From Gemmatimonadales bacterium (GTDB lineage: Bacteria > Gemmatimonadota > Gemmatimonadetes > Gemmatimonadales > GWC2-71-9), in assembly GCA_041607595.1 (NCBI GenBank), contig JBFIUJ010000001.1:1-33645 (forward strand): 33,645 nt of DNA, in the 5' to 3' direction. The position numbers and the translations under genes were made by a program. Positions 31,484-33,645 of this stretch are shown here, piece after piece. Below the pieces are notes generated by a model. That model saw only the letters and a program-made list of their open reading frames with translations, was not told the DNA's origin and made no database searches. Each line of letters opens with the position of its first letter. Position 1 is the stretch's first letter.

Positions 31484-32958
31484 CCGACGAGCGCCACGCC
31501 GCCGAGTTCGGCCCCCGCCCCTCGATGCTTTCGACCGAGGAGCAGAGCCTGCTCCGGCAGGGTGGGCGGGGACTGCTGCTCGCGCTCTACACCGCCATGC
31601 GCAGTCTCAAGCTCTATCCGGTCGTGAACGCCACGGTGCAGAAGTCGCTGGACGACCTCCAGGCGTCGGCCCTGCATCTGCTGGAGGCCGAAGAGGAGCT
31701 CGAGATCCGCCTCGCCGGGGACTTCATCTTCGTCAACGAGACCCGCCTCCGGCTCGAGCTCGACAACTACGCCTCGTTCAGCCAGATCCTCTCCATGCTC
31801 CGCACCTTCGAGATCGGACGGATGCGGGTGCACCCCGGGGTCGAGCGGCGCGAATGGCAGGTGTTCCTCAGCCTGCTCCTCAACCTCTCGGAGCGGGACG
31901 AGGAGCACCTGTTCGACGAGCTGTGCAATCGCCTGGCCAAGGCGGAGGTGGGGAGCCTCGAGCTCGAGCTGATGCCCGACTCCTTCGACGTCGCCGATCC
32001 GGAGGAGGCCCGGGCCGTGGCCAAGCGCACCTACGCCCAGGGCGTGGCGGTCACCAAGGACGTGGTCAACAGCGTCCGGCTCGGGCGCGCCGCCAATCTC
32101 AAGCGGGTGAAGCGGGCCGTCCAGGCCGTCGTGGACCAGGTGCTCAACAACGAGTCGTCCCTCCTCGGCCTCTCCACCATCCGGAACTACGACGAGTACA
32201 CCTTCACCCACTCGGTGAACGTCTGCATCTTCGCCGTGGCGCTGGGGAAGAAGCTGGGCTTCTCCAAGCTCCAGCTCTACGACCTCGGCCTGACCGCCCT
32301 CCTCCACGACATCGGGAAGGCCCGGGTGCCCCACGACGTCTTGAACAAGACGACCGGGCTCACCGAGGAAGAGTGGCACCACATGCAGGCCCATCCCTGG
32401 CTCGGGGCCCTCACCCTGTTCAGCCCCCGCCGGTACGAGGAGACGCCGTACCGGTCCATCCTGGTGGCCTACGAGCACCACCTCAAGGTGGACCTCACCG
32501 GGTATCCGCGGACGATCCGCCCCCGGGAGATGGGGCTCTTCTCGCGCCTCGTCGCCGTGGCGGACGGGTTCGACGCCGCGACCACACGCCGGAGCTACCA
32601 GACCGTCCCGATCCAGCCGGATCAGGTCCTGAAGGAGATGTGGGGGAACCCGCGCCGGGGCTACGACACGACGCTGGTGAAGGCCCTGATCAACCTGCTG
32701 GGCATCTATCCGGTGGGCACCTGCGTCATCCTCGACTCCTACGAGGTGGCGATCATCACGGGGGCCAATCCCGACACCGAGCTGCAGAGCCGTCCCAAGA
32801 TCCGGGTCTGCATCGACCCCGATGGGGCGGTGATCCCGCCGCCGGGCACCCCGATCGACCTGGCCGAGACCGGGCCGGGGGGGAGCTACCTGCGGTCGAT
32901 CGTGAAGGTCACCAACCCCGACCGCTACGGCCTGACGGTCGGCGACTACTTTGTCTGA
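31480..32958 (+). CDS. HD-GYP domain protein (probable c-di-GMP phosphodiesterase) with an unassigned N-terminal module
   Basis: Inner part of track ORF 31354..32958. ATG 31480 forms an ATGA overlap with the upstream stop. The HD domain shows HSVNVCIFAVALG, LLHDIGK, HPWLG, EHHLKVDLTGYPR and ADGFDAATTRRSY. The C-terminal tail GIYPVGTCVIL is typical of HD-GYP proteins. Confidence 0.85.
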   Translation: MTDERHAAEFGPRPSMLSTEEQSLLRQGGRGLLLALYTAMRSLKLYPVVNATVQKSLDDLQASALHLLEAEEELEIRLAGDFIFVNETRLRLELDNYASFSQILSMLRTFEIGRMRVHPGVERREWQVFLSLLLNLSERDEEHLFDELCNRLAKAEVGSLELELMPDSFDVADPEEARAVAKRTYAQGVAVTKDVVNSVRLGRAANLKRVKRAVQAVVDQVLNNESSLLGLSTIRNYDEYTFTHSVNVCIFAVALGKKLGFSKLQLYDLGLTALLHDIGKARVPHDVLNKTTGLTEEEWHHMQAHPWLGALTLFSPRRYEETPYRSILVAYEHHLKVDLTGYPRTIRPREMGLFSRLVAVADGFDAATTRRSYQTVPIQPDQVLKEMWGNPRRGYDTTLVKALINLLGIYPVGTCVILDSYEVAIITGANPDTELQSRPKIRVCIDPDGAVIPPPGTPIDLAETGPGGSYLRSIVKVTNPDRYGLTVGDYFV

Positions 32959-33009
32959 GCCCCTCCATCGCGGCGAGCCGCCGCGGCTCCCCCGCGAGGA
33001 CGCGACCGC

Positions 33010-33645
33010 GTGCTGACCCGATGGCTGGCCGTTCCCAACCTGCTGTCGGCTTACGCCCGCCTCCTCACCACCCTGGGGGCCCTGGTGCTCGCCGGGGTAC
33101 TCCTGACCGATCCCGGCTGGCTCGAGCAGCCGCTCGCCGTCGCCGTGCTCGCCGCGCTGGTGGCGGGGTTCCGTGCCGCCCCGGTCCGCCTCAGCAAGTT
33201 CTCCTACCTCACCCAGACCGGAGTGACCGCCCTGGCCGGTACCCTCGTGGTGGGGCCCGGGGCCACGGTGCTGGGCGTCGTCCTCGGCACGCTCATCGCG
33301 GACGGGGCCGTCCTGCGGAAGCCGGTCTGGGCCGCGGTGGTCAACGCCGGCCGCGAGGTCCTGGCGCTGGTCTCGGCCTTCGGGCTCTATGCCGCCGTGT
33401 GGCACACCAGCGGCTACCCGGACCTCTCCCTCGACTACCTGCCGGCGGCGTTCTCCTACGCGGCGATGTACTTCTTCACGACGCGATCGCTCTTCTACTT
33501 CACGCTGCTGGTGCGGGACAAGCTGGAGAGCGAGGAGCGGCTGCTGATCCTGCGGTACGAGGTCGTGGCCTACCTGCTCACGGTCCTGGCGGTGCTGATC
33601 GTGGTCGGGGCGATGGAGACGCTCTCGCCCGGGGGGTGGGCGGCC
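33010..33645 (+). CDS. Multi-pass membrane protein, N-terminal part (truncated by the window end)
   Basis: Not in the ORF track because it has no stop in the window. GTG 33010 is preceded by GAGGA 9 nt upstream. Translation gives VLTRWLAVPNLLSAYARLLTTLGALVLAGVLL... with about 6 hydrophobic helices and high third-position GC. The 718-aa minus-strand ORF covering it is a shadow ORF. Confidence 0.6.
   Translation, partial: MLTRWLAVPNLLSAYARLLTTLGALVLAGVLLTDPGWLEQPLAVAVLAALVAGFRAAPVRLSKFSYLTQTGVTALAGTLVVGPGATVLGVVLGTLIADGAVLRKPVWAAVVNAGREVLALVSAFGLYAAVWHTSGYPDLSLDYLPAAFSYAAMYFFTTRSLFYFTLLVRDKLESEERLLILRYEVVAYLLTVLAVLIVVGAMETLSPGGWAA

Noticed and set aside
32956-33012. The HD-GYP gene and the downstream membrane-protein gene are in the same frame, separated by a single TGA and 17 sense codons. 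This raises the idea of stop-codon readthrough or selenocysteine producing a fusion protein.
   Set aside because: A shared frame is a one-in-three coincidence, and a stop-free 51-nt gap is expected at this GC content. I see no SECIS-like hairpin immediately after the TGA. GTG 33010 has its own well-spaced GAGGA ribosome-binding site.
31249-33405. A 718-aa ORF on the minus strand. It is the longest of many long antisense ORFs, others being 3746..4969(-), 6390..7823(-), 13049..14734(+), 14868..16454(+), 20289..21533(+), 25210..26433(+), 26457..27905(+) and 29795..31438(-).
   Set aside because: All of them lie opposite genes with clear conserved motifs. They translate to low-complexity Arg/Pro/Gly/Ala/His-rich sequence with no recognisable domain. 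Their absence of stop codons is what a very GC-rich genome produces by chance, so I treat them as shadow ORFs.

Overview
This is a very GC-rich, tightly packed bacterial chromosomal segment. I could support 31 protein-coding genes and one tmRNA. I saw no rRNA, tRNA, CRISPR array, transposase, integrase or obvious prophage or defence content. Most long ORFs in the six-frame track that lie antisense to recognisable genes are GC-driven shadow ORFs. Many track ORFs also carry spurious Arg/Pro/Gly-rich N-terminal extensions, which I trimmed to starts supported by homology-like N-termini, Shine-Dalgarno (SD) sequences or stop/start overlaps.

Layout:
(1) Plus strand, 110-8114: accD-folC-hisS-proS-lysA-guaA.
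(2) A lone ptsN-like EIIA(Ntr) gene on the minus strand, 8130-8582.
(3) Plus strand, 8701-13185: dus-larB-corA-GGDEF diguanylate cyclase, followed by ssrA (tmRNA) and a bidirectional hairpin terminator.
(4) Minus strand, 28660 down to 13247: a 14-gene array, truA-htrA-purB-purC-psd-pssA-purS-purQ-(small Zn-ribbon gene)-purL-purF-ppdK-purE-purK. Almost every junction is an ATGA, GTGA or TGATG overlap. lexA (28794-29402) lies just upstream on the same strand.
(5) Plus strand, 29768 to the window end: a HEAT-repeat protein, an HD-GYP phosphodiesterase and a truncated multi-pass membrane protein.

The window is mostly housekeeping. The best candidate for undescribed biology is the HEAT-repeat / HD-GYP / membrane-protein operon, whose first two proteins share an unassigned N-terminal module of about 100 aa. 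Secondary points are:
- a small degenerate Zn-ribbon gene translationally coupled to purL;
- ppdK and psd-pssA embedded in the purine array;
- a larB-corA-diguanylate cyclase trio;
- phased TTCGG direct repeats over the lexA promoter;
- a recurring TTGnnn-17/18-TAnnnT promoter pattern that predicts leaderless dus and truA transcripts;
- a G-quadruplex motif abutting the ptsN start codon.

All functional calls come from motif recognition by eye. No database search was run.
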